The notes: generated by a model from the sequence alone, not told the origin. 60,000 nt of DNA from Lama guanicoe (GCA_013239625.1 MU053379.1:4485229-4545228); one strand, 5' to 3'. Positions 1 to 12,585 are shown, counted from the first letter of the stretch. Made by a program: numbers and translations.

Positions 1-559
1 TGCTGCACCTAGGAGGGAGGGCTGGCCCTTCCATCCACTTCCTAGCAACCACCCCCCAGAGGATTAGAACTAGGAAGAGAGCAGTGAGGCCCGCCCAGCC
101 CCAGGAGGAGCAGTGAGGCAAGAGGAAGGGCAGATGGGCCGGCGGGCCCCCCAGTGCAGCAACACGTCTCCCTTCCTCCTCTGAGTGATGCAGCCTCCAC
201 TCTGAGGACAACCGTGGAGGCTGAGTTACGCAAACTGTGAGTTCAGATCCATCTGCGCCCAGTGAGAGGATGAGAGGGACACGGCCTGCCTGGTCCCCAG
301 GCCCCTGAGCCCCGCCTGCCCGCCCACACGGATGCCCAGTCCCCAGCCCAGGCTGGCCCAGCCGCCGAGCTCCTTCCCATGTCCCCCAGAGCATCACACA
401 GGGATAGGAGCAGATCCAGTGTGGCCCCGGCAGTGACCACCGAGCTCTCCTGCCCACACCACGTGGCACCCCCCCTGCTCTGCCCCACTCCTGCTGCTCT
501 CTCTGCTCCCTGCTTCCCCCTACCAGCCAATCCCAGTGTCCCCACCCCCATGTCCACTT

Positions 560-915
560 GTCACCACCCACACCGCTCCCACCCTGCCCGACACACCTCC
601 CCAGAACCAGCGAGGCCAGCCCATGTCTCCTCGGCTCCCAGACACCTGCTCGGGGCCCTCCTGCCCTTTCTCCTCTTTGCTTCCCTTCCAGGTGCTCTCT
701 CCTCTGTTCACTGCCCACCCCCATCCTAGAACGAGGACCTTCATGGTGGCCCCAGACCCACAGGGGCCCCTCCTTCTTGCATAGACCAGAGGGGCCTCCA
801 AACTCAGGGCCCCCCACCGCCGACTGGGCCTCTGGGGGTGCTTCTGTCCAGGGCAGCGGGGTCAGGGGCTGGCACCGAATTGGTGCCAGGAGACGTTTGT
901 TGATGAAATAAATGG
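560..915 (+). mobile_element. Degenerate L2 LINE 3' portion
   Basis: Ends in ctggcacc...ggtgccaggagacgtttgttgatgaaataaatgg, resembling the L2 3' tail (cctggcacatagtaggtgctcaataaatatttgttgaatgaatg); pyrimidine-rich L2-like body upstream. Boundaries approximate. Confidence 0.45.
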
Positions 916-1557
916 ATCCCGTGACCTGCGTTGTGGCATCCAGCCCCTCTCCTCTTCTCAGAACCCCAGGCCTGCCTGCTGCCCTCCCGTCGGTCCCCCT
1001 CACTCCATGTCCCAGTGCTACCCCCCACCCCCAGGACCGTCTTCTCTGGCACCTGGTCCTCTGTCCCTGGAGCCCTGACGCCACCTCCCAAGTGCAGGAT
1101 GAGGGGTGAGCTGATGGATCAGCTAACAGAGAAGAAGACGCAAGTGGAATTTGCTCCAAAGCCCAGAAGCCAAACTTCCCTTAAGGAAGTGTCACTGCAG
1201 ACAGCGTGCAGCAGACAGGGAGGGCCCTTGAGCTCAGGTGAGGTTTGGAATGTTGGTCCCGATGCTGCCTGGTGTCATCCTGCTCTCAGAGTCCTTGCTG
1301 CCCCGCAGCCCAACGTCTGTCTCCACGCGCTACCCAACGGTTGGTGGGTCCCTTCCTCCCAGGCCCCATGCCTGCAGAAATACTGCCATGTCTCCCTGCT
1401 GCCCCGTCCCCTCCCACACACCTTCAAGGGTGTCTCCAAAGACCCATCACCCTGGATGTCTGAACTCAGTGGTAAATCTCTTCCTTTTTGGAAGCTAGTG
1501 ACACTGTTCATTTTCTCCCTCATAAAACGGTTGTGCGCGGCAGTATCTTATTTCCAT

Positions 1558-1640
1558 CGTATCAGTCAGCAATCGCTGTGTAACAAGCCATCCCAAAACT
1601 CAAGCAGCACTCTTTGTTGTTACAGCCCTGTGTCTGAGAG
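1558..1640 (-). mobile_element. Short MaLR (MLT1-like) LTR terminal fragment
   Basis: tcagtcagcaatcgctgtgtaacaagccatcccaaaactc resembles the MLT1 terminus tattgctgtgtaacaaattaccccaaaactt. Confidence 0.4.
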
Positions 1641-1949
1641 GATCAGGGTCGGAAAAACTTGTCTTTCAAAGCATGAGTGAGCAGCAGCTCTGGGACAGAG
1701 GGAGCTGTGTCCACACTGCATCTGGGCCCCTCTGGACCCCGTCTCCTGGGGGGAGTGGATTAGGGAGAGGGAGGCTGGGGCAGCGACCCTGAGCAGGGCA
1801 GGTGAGGCAGCTCTCGGTCCTCTGGGAGGGGCCTCAGACCCAGCGTGCTGGCCCGGAGGAGCAGAGCCAGGTAGGCCCTCGCTGACCAACACCAGGGCTG
1901 AGCTGCCACTGGCCCGGCTCAGGGACACTTGCCAAATGAACGAAAGGTC

Positions 1950-2900
1950 GCAGGACCCGCTCTCGGGGGACGGACTCCTTCCCGCCCAGCCGTGGCCCCC
2001 GTGCCCGCTCTGCGGCCACACGCCGCTCGGAGGGGCTGCGCTCGCTTCGCCGCCCACCGTGGCCACCTCAGATGCTTGGTGATTTGTGAACAAGGACCTT
2101 GACATGCACGAGGCTCGCCTCCCAGTCCCTCTTCCATAAAACGGGGTGTCAGCCGGGCGGCCTCTTGGGGGACGGAGGGGCAAGCGGCAGGCACGCGGCG
2201 GGAGCTGGCGCGGCGCTGGCCCTCGGAGCGCACTTCGCTGCCGCCGCTGGGCTTCGCACCGAGAAGCAGGCCTCCGTCCCCGGGTGGGCGCTCCCCCGCC
2301 CGGAGGGCTTGCCTTCGGGGGCCGCGGGGGCCCAGAGCAGCCCCGCCTGCGCCAGCGGGGCCTCGACTCACTTCCGCCGCCTGGGGGCCGAGACCAGGAG
2401 GAGACGGAACCCTGGCCCCCTGCCCGCGGGCCCCCAGAGCGGTGGCAACGACGCAGGGCACGGGGCCCCCTGGCCGCGCGGCAGGCCGGCCCTCTCCCTT
2501 TCTCAGGGCGCGAGCAGCCTTGCCAGGGGGCCTGCCATCCTCAGATTTCCACGGGGACTCTCCTGACAATTCCCGGAACTGAGAAGCTGGCAGGGAAGGT
2601 CACGGGGGAGTGAGGTCTCGAGCGGCCGAGGTGAGGCCCCGGGGCAGGGGCTCGTCAGGCCGCACGCCCATGCAGCCGGCCCTCCGGGCTTCCGCAAGGC
2701 TGCAGAGATTAGGGAAGCAGGGAGACGCCAGCCCTGCCAAGGGAGGGGGGCCTTCTCTGCCCTGAGAAGCTGCTGCCTTTGCCCTGGAGATAAGGCTTCT
2801 GAGGACCGAGGCAGCGCGAGGCCCCCAAACACTTCCACGGCGGCGGAAGCATCGCCCTTCGGCGCCCAGGGTGGGTGCCTCACGCGGCTTCTCGGTCGGG
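1950..2900. promoter_or_regulatory. CpG-island-like segment
   Basis: Visibly dense CpG and very high GC over ~1 kb, with ETS-like (cacttccg, cggaag) and GC-box motifs; no associated exon recognised. Confidence 0.45.
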
Positions 2901-3399
2901 GACTTGATCATCTTTGTGGGTGGGGGGCGTGTGGCTCTTGCGTGAGGGGCTGCACTGTGACTGCAGCTAAGGGTCTTTTTAAAGCCTGTTTATCTATCGA
3001 TCAGTTTATTCCGAGGCCTGAAAGAGGTGAGCCAGGGTTTAGGGAACATCAGACTCGGTCTTCGGTGTTTGTCTTGTTCAGGCGCCGTCGGCTCGGCGCA
3101 GAGTCACTTTGAACGTCAAGGCGTCGGCAGGAGGGGATGTTCAGTTTCCAGAACCCTTCACTGGAAGGCGTAGGCCAGGGGCGGGATGTGGGGTCGGCTG
3201 GAGCCAGGGTCCTCCTCTGTGCTCCGTTCACGCAGCTGACCTCCCTGCATGAGGGTCCCTTCTCTGGAAACATTCGAGCCCTAAGCCAAGGCTGTCAGGG
3301 CTCCAGCTGCACAAAAGCAGGTCCTAAGACGTCAGGGACAGCGCCAGACCGCGCTCCACGCCCGTCTGCACAGAACACACTGCCAACGAGCAGGCTGGA

Positions 3400-4255
3400 A
3401 AGGCCATTAAGAATTCAGTTTACAACAGCACCGAAGAGACGTTTAACCCCGGAGATGAAGGGCTCGGACGCTGGAAGCTACAAAATGTTGCTGAAAGAAA
3501 GTAAAGGCACAGATAAATGGAAAGACATCCAGTGTTCATGGATTGGAAGATGATGTTTTTAAGATGCTCGTACTACCCAAAGCAAGCTGCAGGTTCAACA
3601 TAATCCCCCGCAAAATCCTCATGGGTTTTTTTGTAGAAACAGAAAACTTCATCCTAAATTTTATGTGGAATAAGGGACCCAGAATAGTCAAAACAATCTT
3701 GAAAAAAAAGAACGAAGTTGGAGGCGTCACATTTCCTGATTTAAAAACCGACTGCAAAGCACAGCAGTGTGGTCCTGGCAGACAGACAGACAGACAGACA
3801 GACCAAGGGAACAGAACAGACAGCCCAGGAGCAAACTCACGTACGCGATCAAATGGTTTTCAGCCAGGGTGCCAGGATCACGCAGTGAGGAACCCAGTCT
3901 TTTCGACAAACGGTGGGAAAACCGGACACCCACGTGCAGACACGTGAAGGTGGACCTCGCCTTACAGCGCAGACAAACACTGCTTCAGATGGACTGGGAC
4001 CTAAAACTGTGAAACTCCTAGAAGAAAACGGGAGGCTTCACGACATGGGACTTGAACGTGATTTCTTAGACGTGCCACCCAAAGCACAGACAGCCACAGT
4101 GAAAACAAGCAACGTGGACTAGGTCGGAACGTAAGCACTCTGTGTGTCACACAGCGGACAGCGAGGAGGCCATCTGCGGAACGGGGGAAGCACCGTGCCG
4201 ACATGACGTCTGACGGCACCGTGCACGCGGGCAGGAGCACAGAGAACACTCTCCG
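3400..4255 (+). mobile_element. Decayed LINE-1 ORF2 fragment (post-RT region), frameshifted
   Basis: Translations SYKMLLKESKGTDKWKDIQCSWIGR and FKMLVLPKASCRFNIIPRKILMGFFVETENFILNFMWNKGPRIVKTILKKKNEVGGVTFPDLKTDCKA match L1 ORF2p ([26 protein letters not shown]...KMAILPKVIYRFNAIPIK...GGITLPDFKLYYKA); further piece KTVKLLEEN..LHDMGL..DFLD.PPKAQ. Confidence 0.95.
3779..3803 (+). repeat. (GACA)n microsatellite inside the L1 fragment
   Basis: cagacagacagacagacagacagac. Confidence 0.9.
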
Positions 4256-4959
4256 CGGCCTCTGCGCGGGGGCTGGCCCGCCGCACACTCCTCTCCGCCC
4301 TGGGCTTCTCTGTGCCCTGCTTTCCACGCTCAGTGGGGCGACCTCTGCGGCTGCGCCGTGGCTGACAAACGGTGGGTGTTGGCTGCTGTAGACACGCGGA
4401 CCCATGTGCTCGGGGACGGGACAGGAGACGTTCCTGCGTGTGCACCTGTCCTGCAAGTGGCGTTGGCACTTGTAATCCTGGTCGGCACCGCCAACTGCCC
4501 TGAGAGAGGCTGTCTGTCCGCGCCGCCCCAGCCCAGCTTTGTCCCCGGGCGTGAAGGTGCCCGTAGGTCCTGACCCACGGCCTGAAGCACCGCCGGCTCG
4601 TTGCACTCTGATGGCGCTCCTCTCTTCTGCTGCGAGTGAGAGGCGTTTACTTCCCGGTTTCTGCCTCTAGCTGCCCTGCCCATGAGCTCCGGGGGGTCCA
4701 TCTTCACATCACTGACGTGTGAGGATGAAATAAGGACACTGCCCCCTTTTGAATTTGACGGGTGGTGCCCGTGCGGTCACACTGGGGATTCTTCTTGGAT
4801 TGCGGTGCCTCCTCCTCTTCAAGGTAGAAGCCCCCCCCCCGCACCGCATGCACAGGCCGCACGCTCCCGCCACGCACTTAGCGTGGCCCTCTAGGGCCTC
4901 CGGTGCCTCGTCGCGCTTCTCCCCTAGCTCCAAAGCCACTCACCTTCCCAGCCCTCCCG

Positions 4960-5400
4960 TGTCTCCTTCTAGCAGTTCCATGTTTAATTTTTAGGGGGCT
5001 GCATTTTGTGCTTAACTGCTCCACTCGGCGCGGTGGCAGTCGGAGTGCCCCGCCGCCGGCTCTGCCCTCGGGGCCCCCCGGGGCCGCCTCGCTCACTGCC
5101 TGGGCCCTGTGATGTCTCTGCTCGGCTCTGGGCGCATGTCTTGCCCTGGACCATTTCAGAGTTTCGGATTTCACTTCCGGTTCATCTTGCAGCTACTGCC
5201 CTGGCCGCGCGGCTCAGCGAGGGGACAGGGCAGGGCTGGTCAGTCCCCTCTGAGGACCGCATTTCTGCTTCCCGCCTTTACCCAGTTGGAGTTCATTAGG
5301 TGGGTTTTAAAAACTCTTCTGCGTTTTCTTCTGCTTTAAATACGACTTGATGGTCTCAGCTTTGGAGACGTCTTCCCAACCCCAGGGCTCGGTGCCACCA
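4960..5400 (-). mobile_element. Degenerate antisense L1M fragment
   Basis: catgtttaatttttag... and ...ttggagacgtcttcccaaccccaggg resemble antisense L1M motifs (ttaagaaatccttccctaccccaagg). Confidence 0.4.
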
Positions 5401-7900
5401 CCTCAGGGCTGTTTGACTTGTAACCAGGAGCTCAGAGACTGTTTACTTGACAGGAAAATCAAAAAAAAGTACTTTGAAAGTCGTTAAATGGGGAGGCATA
5501 AGCCGAATGACCTAATGTTATTCTCTGGAGCTGGGAGGGGTCCTCGGGGTCAGATATTCCAGGAAACAGCGCTGCCTGCCCCCACCCCCGCCAGGGCGAC
5601 CTCGGGGGCTCTGGGTCAGCCTGAGCTCAGCGTCACTGTGTGCGGACCGGACACCCCGGTACCATCCACTGCCCTCCCCGCCCCTCAGCTCCCAGGGTGT
5701 GGCTCTGAGCCACCCTGAGGCAGCCTTGTCCCCAAGCCGTCCTGTGCCCTGAGACCAGAGGGGAGGAAGGCGGGAACTCGGCCCTAAACCTGGGCCCCGC
5801 CCTTGGGTTAAGGAGGCCCAGCCGCAAGTGCTGGTCCCGTCCCTCCGCCCTGCCCTCCGTCCCACCCAAGGTGTGGGACACCAGCTCTGGTCCAGGGCCA
5901 ACACGACACTCCCTGAGCATCTGTGTCCTGGGCCCTGAGGTGACAAGGACACCCGCACGTACCCGGCATCCCAGGCTCACGGTATTTTGAAGGCAGACCC
6001 TTGAATAAGTGACGAAGGGCAGAGGGCAGCGACAGTGGAGGGAGAGACACTGGCAAGACGGGACTCGCTTCCAGGGGACCCTAAATGAGGAGGTGCGACC
6101 CGGCTGAGGCTGGAGGGCCCCGTAGGGGATAACTGGGTGGTTACAGGGGGTCCTCTGCCCCACTGTGTCCAGCAAGCCCCACCCCTGCTGCCCACGCCCT
6201 CTCTGCATCCTCAAGATGGGCCCTCGTTGAAAGCATTCATGGGCCCTCAGCAGCCCAGCTGCCCTGGGGACTTGAACCCTCATCTCCTGAGGGTCACCGG
6301 CCTCCGCACCGGAGCTCCGGGAGCAGGGGCCCCATGTGGGCACCTTTCATGCCAGTGGACGGATCGGTGATGTGCTGGGGACCCATGACAACAGACTGGG
6401 CTGCTCCCCACCTCGGGCCCACCTTCCAGCCAACACACAGTGAGACGTGGGTGCGGGGCCTGGTCGCCAGCGCTGCGAACACAGATGCAGAAAGGCGGGG
6501 CTCCAGGCAGTGGGGCGCTGACGCTCGGGCAGGGCGGGCAGGGACGCCTGGGGAGGGGGCACTTCAGCCCCAGGTGTGCAGAGCTGACGGAGTGGTCTGA
6601 CTGGCCAGCCCCTGGCGGGACTTCTTTGCGCAAGCAGCAGAGCCCATGGAAAGAACCAAGCTCCAGGCTCTTGAAATCAAGCCTTGTGGGGTATCTGCTT
6701 CCGAACGCGGGAGGTGGTCACAGAGCGTGGGGAGGCCCTTGCGGATGGATCTCACTCTGGTGGATGCCCACCTGGGAAGGCGCCAGAGCAGGGCTGCTGG
6801 CCGGACTCCAGACCTGCAGAGGCAGTGCCCAGCCCCAGGCTGGAGGGCATTCGGCTGAAGCCTGTCCCGGGAATGCAGCAGGGAGACCGGGCGTGCTTCC
6901 CTGGCCCCGCGTAGGCGGCCCATACGTGTTTGCTGGACAAGTGGACAAGCGGTCCCTCTCTCCTTCTGATGACACTGGCTTCCCACGCCGTGGCGCTCAC
7001 ACCAGTGAGAGGCAGGGCTCACATCACCTGAACGCTGTGTGTGGTGGCAGTATTTGCTGGTTCCTGGTGGTAAATTGAGGCAACAAAATGTGCCTCCTCT
7101 GAAGACAGCAAGGGTCTCTTGCATCTCGGTGGCAGGGATTACGAGCCCCGAACCTGTCACCTGTGAAGTGGTCGTGCCCTTCTGGAGGTTGGGGGTCTAA
7201 CGTCTCACTCTCCTGTGTGTACTTGTGCACGCTGAGGTTTTATTTCAGCATTTATCATTTAAAAAGGAAGCTTTTTTGCTGAAGGTAACACTTCTGCTTT
7301 TCCTAAGTCGCAGTCTGAAGCAGGAACCCTTGAGCGGCCAGGAAACCTCAGAAGACCCGGGACCACTGGAGGTGGCCCAGAGTCGGCCGGCCGGCCTGCC
7401 TGCCGGCAGCGTGGTGACCCAGGGTGTCAGTGGGCTGGGGACCGTGTGGCCACGTGCTTTCCTAGGAAGGACACTGGAGTCCAGGCAAAAATGAACCTTC
7501 CGAGGGAAGAAACAGCAGAAACTCACTGCATTTTGTGGGGAAACTTGAAACTGTTACCTTGATATAGAACGATGTTGAATCATCAGAAAGGTTCCATTGT
7601 CCTGGGGCTCTGTCATGTGATGAATAACAGAGAGCGATCTGCGTCTCTGTGTGCATAATCGTGCTCCTTTCATGAGCTGCAGAACCAAGCTCTGACTTCG
7701 TGCAAAGTTGTAAATCTTTACAGAAAGTACGTGACTCGTGGGCAATGGGAATGATTCTATTCAAACTGAAGGCCAGGTACCAGTAAAAATTAAGCATTTT
7801 GGATCCTCAGAAGCTACCGAGACGGGGGGTAATTCCGTTTTCAAGGAAGAGAGGGAAGGAGGAAAGGAAGAGAGAAAGAAGGAAGGGAAATACACATAAA

Positions 7901-8230
7901 ATGTGTGTGTACATGTATGTGTGTGCTTGAGTTACGTGTATACACGTGTGTGTATATGTGTTTGCAAATGTGTCCATAGGTGTATTGTGTTCATGTGTAT
8001 TTATTTGTGTGCATATGTGTGTGTATATGTATATATGTGTGCCCTGTGCACACACATGTGCGTGCATGTGTATCCGTGTGTGCATGCACGTATGTGTGTA
8101 TATGTGTTGCTGTGTGCATGTGTGTGTGCTTGTGTGCATGCATATGTGTTGGTGTGTGTGTGTGCTTGTGTGCGCATGCAACTGTGTCTGTATACGTGTC
8201 CGTGTGTGTCCACATGTGTCATGTGTGCAC
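7901..8230 (+). repeat. Degenerate (TG/TA/CA)n low-complexity tract
   Basis: ~330 bp of interrupted tgtgtg/tatgtg/tgca units; explains the spurious VCVC/HTHT ORFs. Confidence 0.95.
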
Positions 8231-11200
8231 CTTGGCGACACCATCCTGTCTTACTGTCAGCCCCGGTCCTGCCTGAGTCATACCCACCGCCCTCCTCCTG
8301 GGCGGGGAGCCGGCCTGGTGGCCGGGCTGGTGGAAGCCTGGAGAGAGACTGGCCTCGGCAGGTCCGTGTCTGACTCCCGGGGCTCCATCTGTCGGGCTCT
8401 CTCCCACGATGCCCATCAGACCTCCTGCCTCCTCGCCCTCAGGAAGGCCGGCGTGTCTGGGGGCGGCTTTGACGGACTCACCTCGACAGGCCCGGTGGCC
8501 CCGCAGCCGCCCACCCACCACCCGCTGGCTCACAGTCTAGCGTCCTGAGGAGCCATCATCCCCGGCACACTCAGACTCACCCCGGGGTGTCAGGGCCCCA
8601 GGTGTCAGCTGCTGGCCCTGGAGCAGACTGTCCCTGCGGGAGGTGGTGCCAGTGTCCTCCCAACCGCTCGGCGTCCACCCTGAACCCGTGCCCCCGACGC
8701 CCCCGTCAGGGCCGTGGATGGGGGGACTGACTACCCCCGCAGCACCAGCCTTGCACCCAGACACGCAGCGTGCCCAGGCCACGGAAACACATCCACCCTG
8801 TCATTTTTCTTCTTCAGACGGGTTTGCCATAGTTTGCTCCACAGGACAAAGTCCTTTGCAGTGCCCTGGGGGACACAAAAGCTCCTTGGCCCCCAGAAAC
8901 ACACAGCCTCCAGGACGGAGGTCCAGCCTGAACCCCAGCCTCGCCCAGGCTCCGAGGAGGCCCTCCCACCCCACGATGGTCCACGCCCTTCCTGACACTG
9001 ACCTGGACGCTGCTGGGATGGGGGTCCCGGACGCCCCCTCAGTGGGGCCAGGAAGCGGTCTAGCACCCGGTGGGGGTGACCCGACGGCAGGAGTGGGTCT
9101 CCTCCCTGGGGCTGCCCTGCTGGCCAGTCAGGAGGCTTAAGGCTTAAGATGGAGGAGTGCTGCACGGACAGCCCACATCCCTCCCGACCCCCGGGGTGGC
9201 TCCCCGCTCCTCAGAGGGCCGCCCAGGGGCTGGTCCTGGGGAGGAATCACAGCCAGCGGGTGCTGGAGGCGCGCAGGGCTCTCAGGAGGCTCGGAGGGCC
9301 GGGGGGCAAGCGGGAGGTGACAGGAGCGGGCGCGACGCAGGCAGGTGGGCGGGGCTGGGAGGGGCGCCTCCTAGCTCGTTTGACCTGACACTGCACAATA
9401 TAAAACAAGTAAAATTAAATTAAAATCCAAGCAAGAGCGCCCTGTGTAAGAAAGCAGAAATGCGCGATTTGTTTCCGAAAGGAAGTACTCCGGGAAGCCA
9501 GCTTTGACGGAGGCGGGAAAGCCTGATGCAGAGGGAAAGCAGGTTTCCGAAAGCCCGAGTGTCAGTGAGGGTGAGTAAGTCTTGTCTCACCCGGTCAGTT
9601 ATGTGCTGACGGCAGACAAAACCGTTGCTTGTTGTCGGAACAGTCGTGAACCACATCGTCGACTCCCTGAAGGACAATGAAGCTCGCGTGCGATGACTCA
9701 GCCAGTGGATGACCAGCGACTGTCCTGCACCGGCCGGTGTCTCACAGATGAACAGATAAGCGTCATCGAGCCAGTGAGAGCCCTCCCCCAGGAGCTCGGA
9801 CACAACGGACCCGTGTAAGAGCCGGCCCTGTACCTCGGAAGAGCAGGTTGGCTCCCCGAGTCCCTCCACTTCTCAGAAGCCAAAGGACCCAGCGCGAGGC
9901 CTCCTTATCAGAGCCAAGTCGCCGCTGGGCAGAGCCAACACAAACCCGAAGCCATCTGCATGCACTGGTCCGTTCAGGCCACACAGATTTGCAAAAACTT
10001 ACTCATGGCCCCCGGGAACACCCACTGCAATCAATCAAGCCCTCGGTTTAAGAGCCCCCCCGAAATTTTCATCACTTTTCCTGTCTTTTCTCTGCGGGCT
10101 CTGTGCTGGCCTGGGGGCGGCAGGTCTCAGGGGACACACGGCCGCTGAGGGTCGGGGCCCGGCTTGGCCCGGGGCAGAGGCATGAGGGCGGGTGGCCGGG
10201 GGAGGACATTCTCGGGGGGAGACACAGGGATGCGTTTGTCCTGTGGGACTGCGGAGGCCAGGGAGAGTCACGCAGAAGGACTCGGTGTGGAGCTCCGGGA
10301 GTTCCTCCTCTCTCCTCTCCCTCCCAGTCCCGGTCACCCCATCACCCCGGGCCAGGAGCAGGGAGCAGTCGGGGCGACTCCCTCTTGGCGCAGGGCCCCC
10401 CGCACCTCAGTAGCAGCGCCGCGGGAGCAGGGCTGGAACAGAACCGCTTTTGCCTCTGCCGAGCCTCGGGGCGCTGGTTTACAAGCACGGTGAGGGGGCC
10501 CCCCCACACGCGTGCTCAGTGCAGCGGAGCGGTGAGGGGCAGGACTCTGCATCCTGAGGGTCACCCCTCCCAGGAGGATGGCAGTGGCCGCACTTCAGTC
10601 GACACCCGGGCGCGGTGCTGAAGCCATGTCACCTCCATCCCCCTCATTCTCTTGTCTCCAAAGGACGATGGCTGGTGTGGCTGGCCATGCAGGGCACTGC
10701 GTGGCTTCGTAGCAAAGGACAACGTCCTGGAGCCGCGCTGCCGGGGACCAGCCTGGAGATACTGAAAGAACCAGGTGGGCCGGTCTCCTGGGGCCCGTTT
10801 GATGGTGGGGGATGGAGTCCCGTCCCCTCTCATGGTCAAGCTTTGGGCAAGATCCCACCCACCTCCCAGGATGAGGACTGGCAAGTGAGGTGTGCTGCTC
10901 TGACTCCCGGAGGGCAAGAAGGCCCCTGCGCAGCTGCCGGACGTGGGGACAGGAAGCACGGAGGCCCGGGATAAAACGGGGAAACGCAGCCCAGAGCAGT
11001 CAGATAACCTGCCCCAGGGCCCCCCGATGCCTCACCTGGAGCTCTCGTCTCCACCAATCGCCTCCATATCCAAACTGCACGTGGGCTCATTGAGCAGTGA
11101 CCCCAGGGTCCCCAGGATCAGCCGGTGCCAGGTTCCCACCTGGTCGGGAAACAGGAGGGGACGGACGCAGGAGGGCATGTGCACACTTGGTTTAGACAGG

Positions 11201-11289
11201 TTTCTCTCAAAGTAGTTACAGTCTTAGAAAAATCTACACTCATGCTCGTGGGGCGCTGAGCAGCTTTAAAAGTGATGACATAAACGTAT

Positions 11290-11565
11290 CAACATAGAAA
11301 GACACGCTCAGTGCGTGTTCTATGGAAAAGCGCGTTACGGTCGAGTTTTCCGGTGGGATCCTGCTACTGCGCCGACACACATGCTCGCACACGCGTGCAC
11401 ACCAGCGCCCAGGGAAGCTCCGTGTCGGCTCGTCGACAGTATGCTGCTCCTGGTGGTGCCGTTCAGGGGCGTTTACGTGTTTTGTCTTGGTTTGGCCATC
11501 TGCGTTGCTGACTTTCCTCGGACAAACGTGTCGGTTGTGCAATAATTTATAATTTCTTTTTTAAA
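11290..11565 (+). mobile_element. Ancient L1ME-type 3' end
   Basis: Colinear with the recalled L1ME 3' UTR (gaaaaaagcaagttac...atgatccc...ctggaagg...ctgttaacagtgg...tttataat). Confidence 0.5.
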
Positions 11566-12226
11566 TAAATGGAACCAAGTGTGGTTCTCATCTGTTACTT
11601 GGTTAAAGAGGTGGGATTCAGGCATCTAGAACATTCATTTGTCCGAGAGATGACCCCTCCCTGGGACCGCCCCATGGTGAGACATTTGGGCCCTAGACGT
11701 CCTTTGCTGGCTCCCGAGCCTGGTGACTGATGACTATGACAAGGGTGACGCACTGACTCACGAGGACAAGATCTGGAAGTTGTCTCACCGCCCCCAGGGT
11801 TTCGTGTGTGGTCTGCACCGGCAGGTCTCCTGGCCCCTCCCCTCCCGCGGCGGGACGTCAGGGAGCCCGGGCGGGTCTGATGCAATGATGGATAGGACTC
11901 ACCCGGGACTCAGTGTTTGGTTGTCAAAACACGAGCAGTGACCAGAGGCCAGCACCACGAAGGAAGGGCTGCAGCCCCGTAGAGACGTGGAGGGCAGGGC
12001 ATCATCTGTCACCTGGCCGCCTGAACACTGCCTGGTCACACTGACTGCTAAACGAGGGAGTGACTGGACTGCACCCCTGCCTGTGTGGCCATTTCCTTCG
12101 CCACATACCTGACTGGTGGTGAGGCGGTCTTCTCTGACATGCTTCTGGGGACAGGGCACCACTACCATGTGTGGAAAGGCAGGGCAGTTGGACAGCCACT
12201 TCTGTTAGAAAGACCTTTTCCTTGCA

Positions 12227-12381
12227 CAGTCACCTCGATATGCGAGGGGGTTGGTGCCAGGACCCCTGCAGATGCCAAAATCTGGGATGCTTGCGTCCGT
12301 AGGTGGCCCTCCATACCTGCAGCGTGGAGCCCACAGACACAGAACCCAAACACAGAACCTGGGCACACGGAGGGCTGACTG
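12227..12381 (+). mobile_element. MER2-like TcMar-Tigger MITE, internally deleted, both TIRs present
   Basis: Starts cagtcacctcgatatgcgagggggttggtgccaggacccctgcagatgccaaaatctgggatgct and ends cacggagggctgactg, matching both MER2 termini. Confidence 0.75.
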
Positions 12382-12585
12382 TTCAGGGGAGTGGCCCTCA
12401 CACCCCGGTCACCTGCAGGGCTTGTTGTCCCCCAGGCTGCTGGTGCCCCACCCAGAGCCTCTGCCCCCGTGGGAGGCTGGGCCCAGGAAGCTGCCTTTCT
12501 AACCCGTTCTTGGAGAGGTCAGCGCCCCTGACCAGCATCGTGCTGAGGACCATGGGGTTCCCACCTGGGTGCCTCACGCTGTTTT

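Noticed and set aside
869..889. Hairpin ctggcacc-gaatt-ggtgccag
   Set aside because: Only an 8-bp stem, lying within an L2 3' end that is naturally semi-palindromic.
7617..7695. Possible C/D-box snoRNA (GTGATGA ... CTGA, ~80 nt)
   Set aside because: No terminal stem, no recognisable C'/D' boxes or rRNA antisense element, and no host gene; likely chance.
7807..8548. Cys/Val- and His/Thr-rich ORFs
   Set aside because: These are translations of the TG/CA low-complexity tract.
11880..11950. tgcaatgatgg start resembling a C/D snoRNA
   Set aside because: Box C is imperfect and there is no properly placed CTGA box D or stem.
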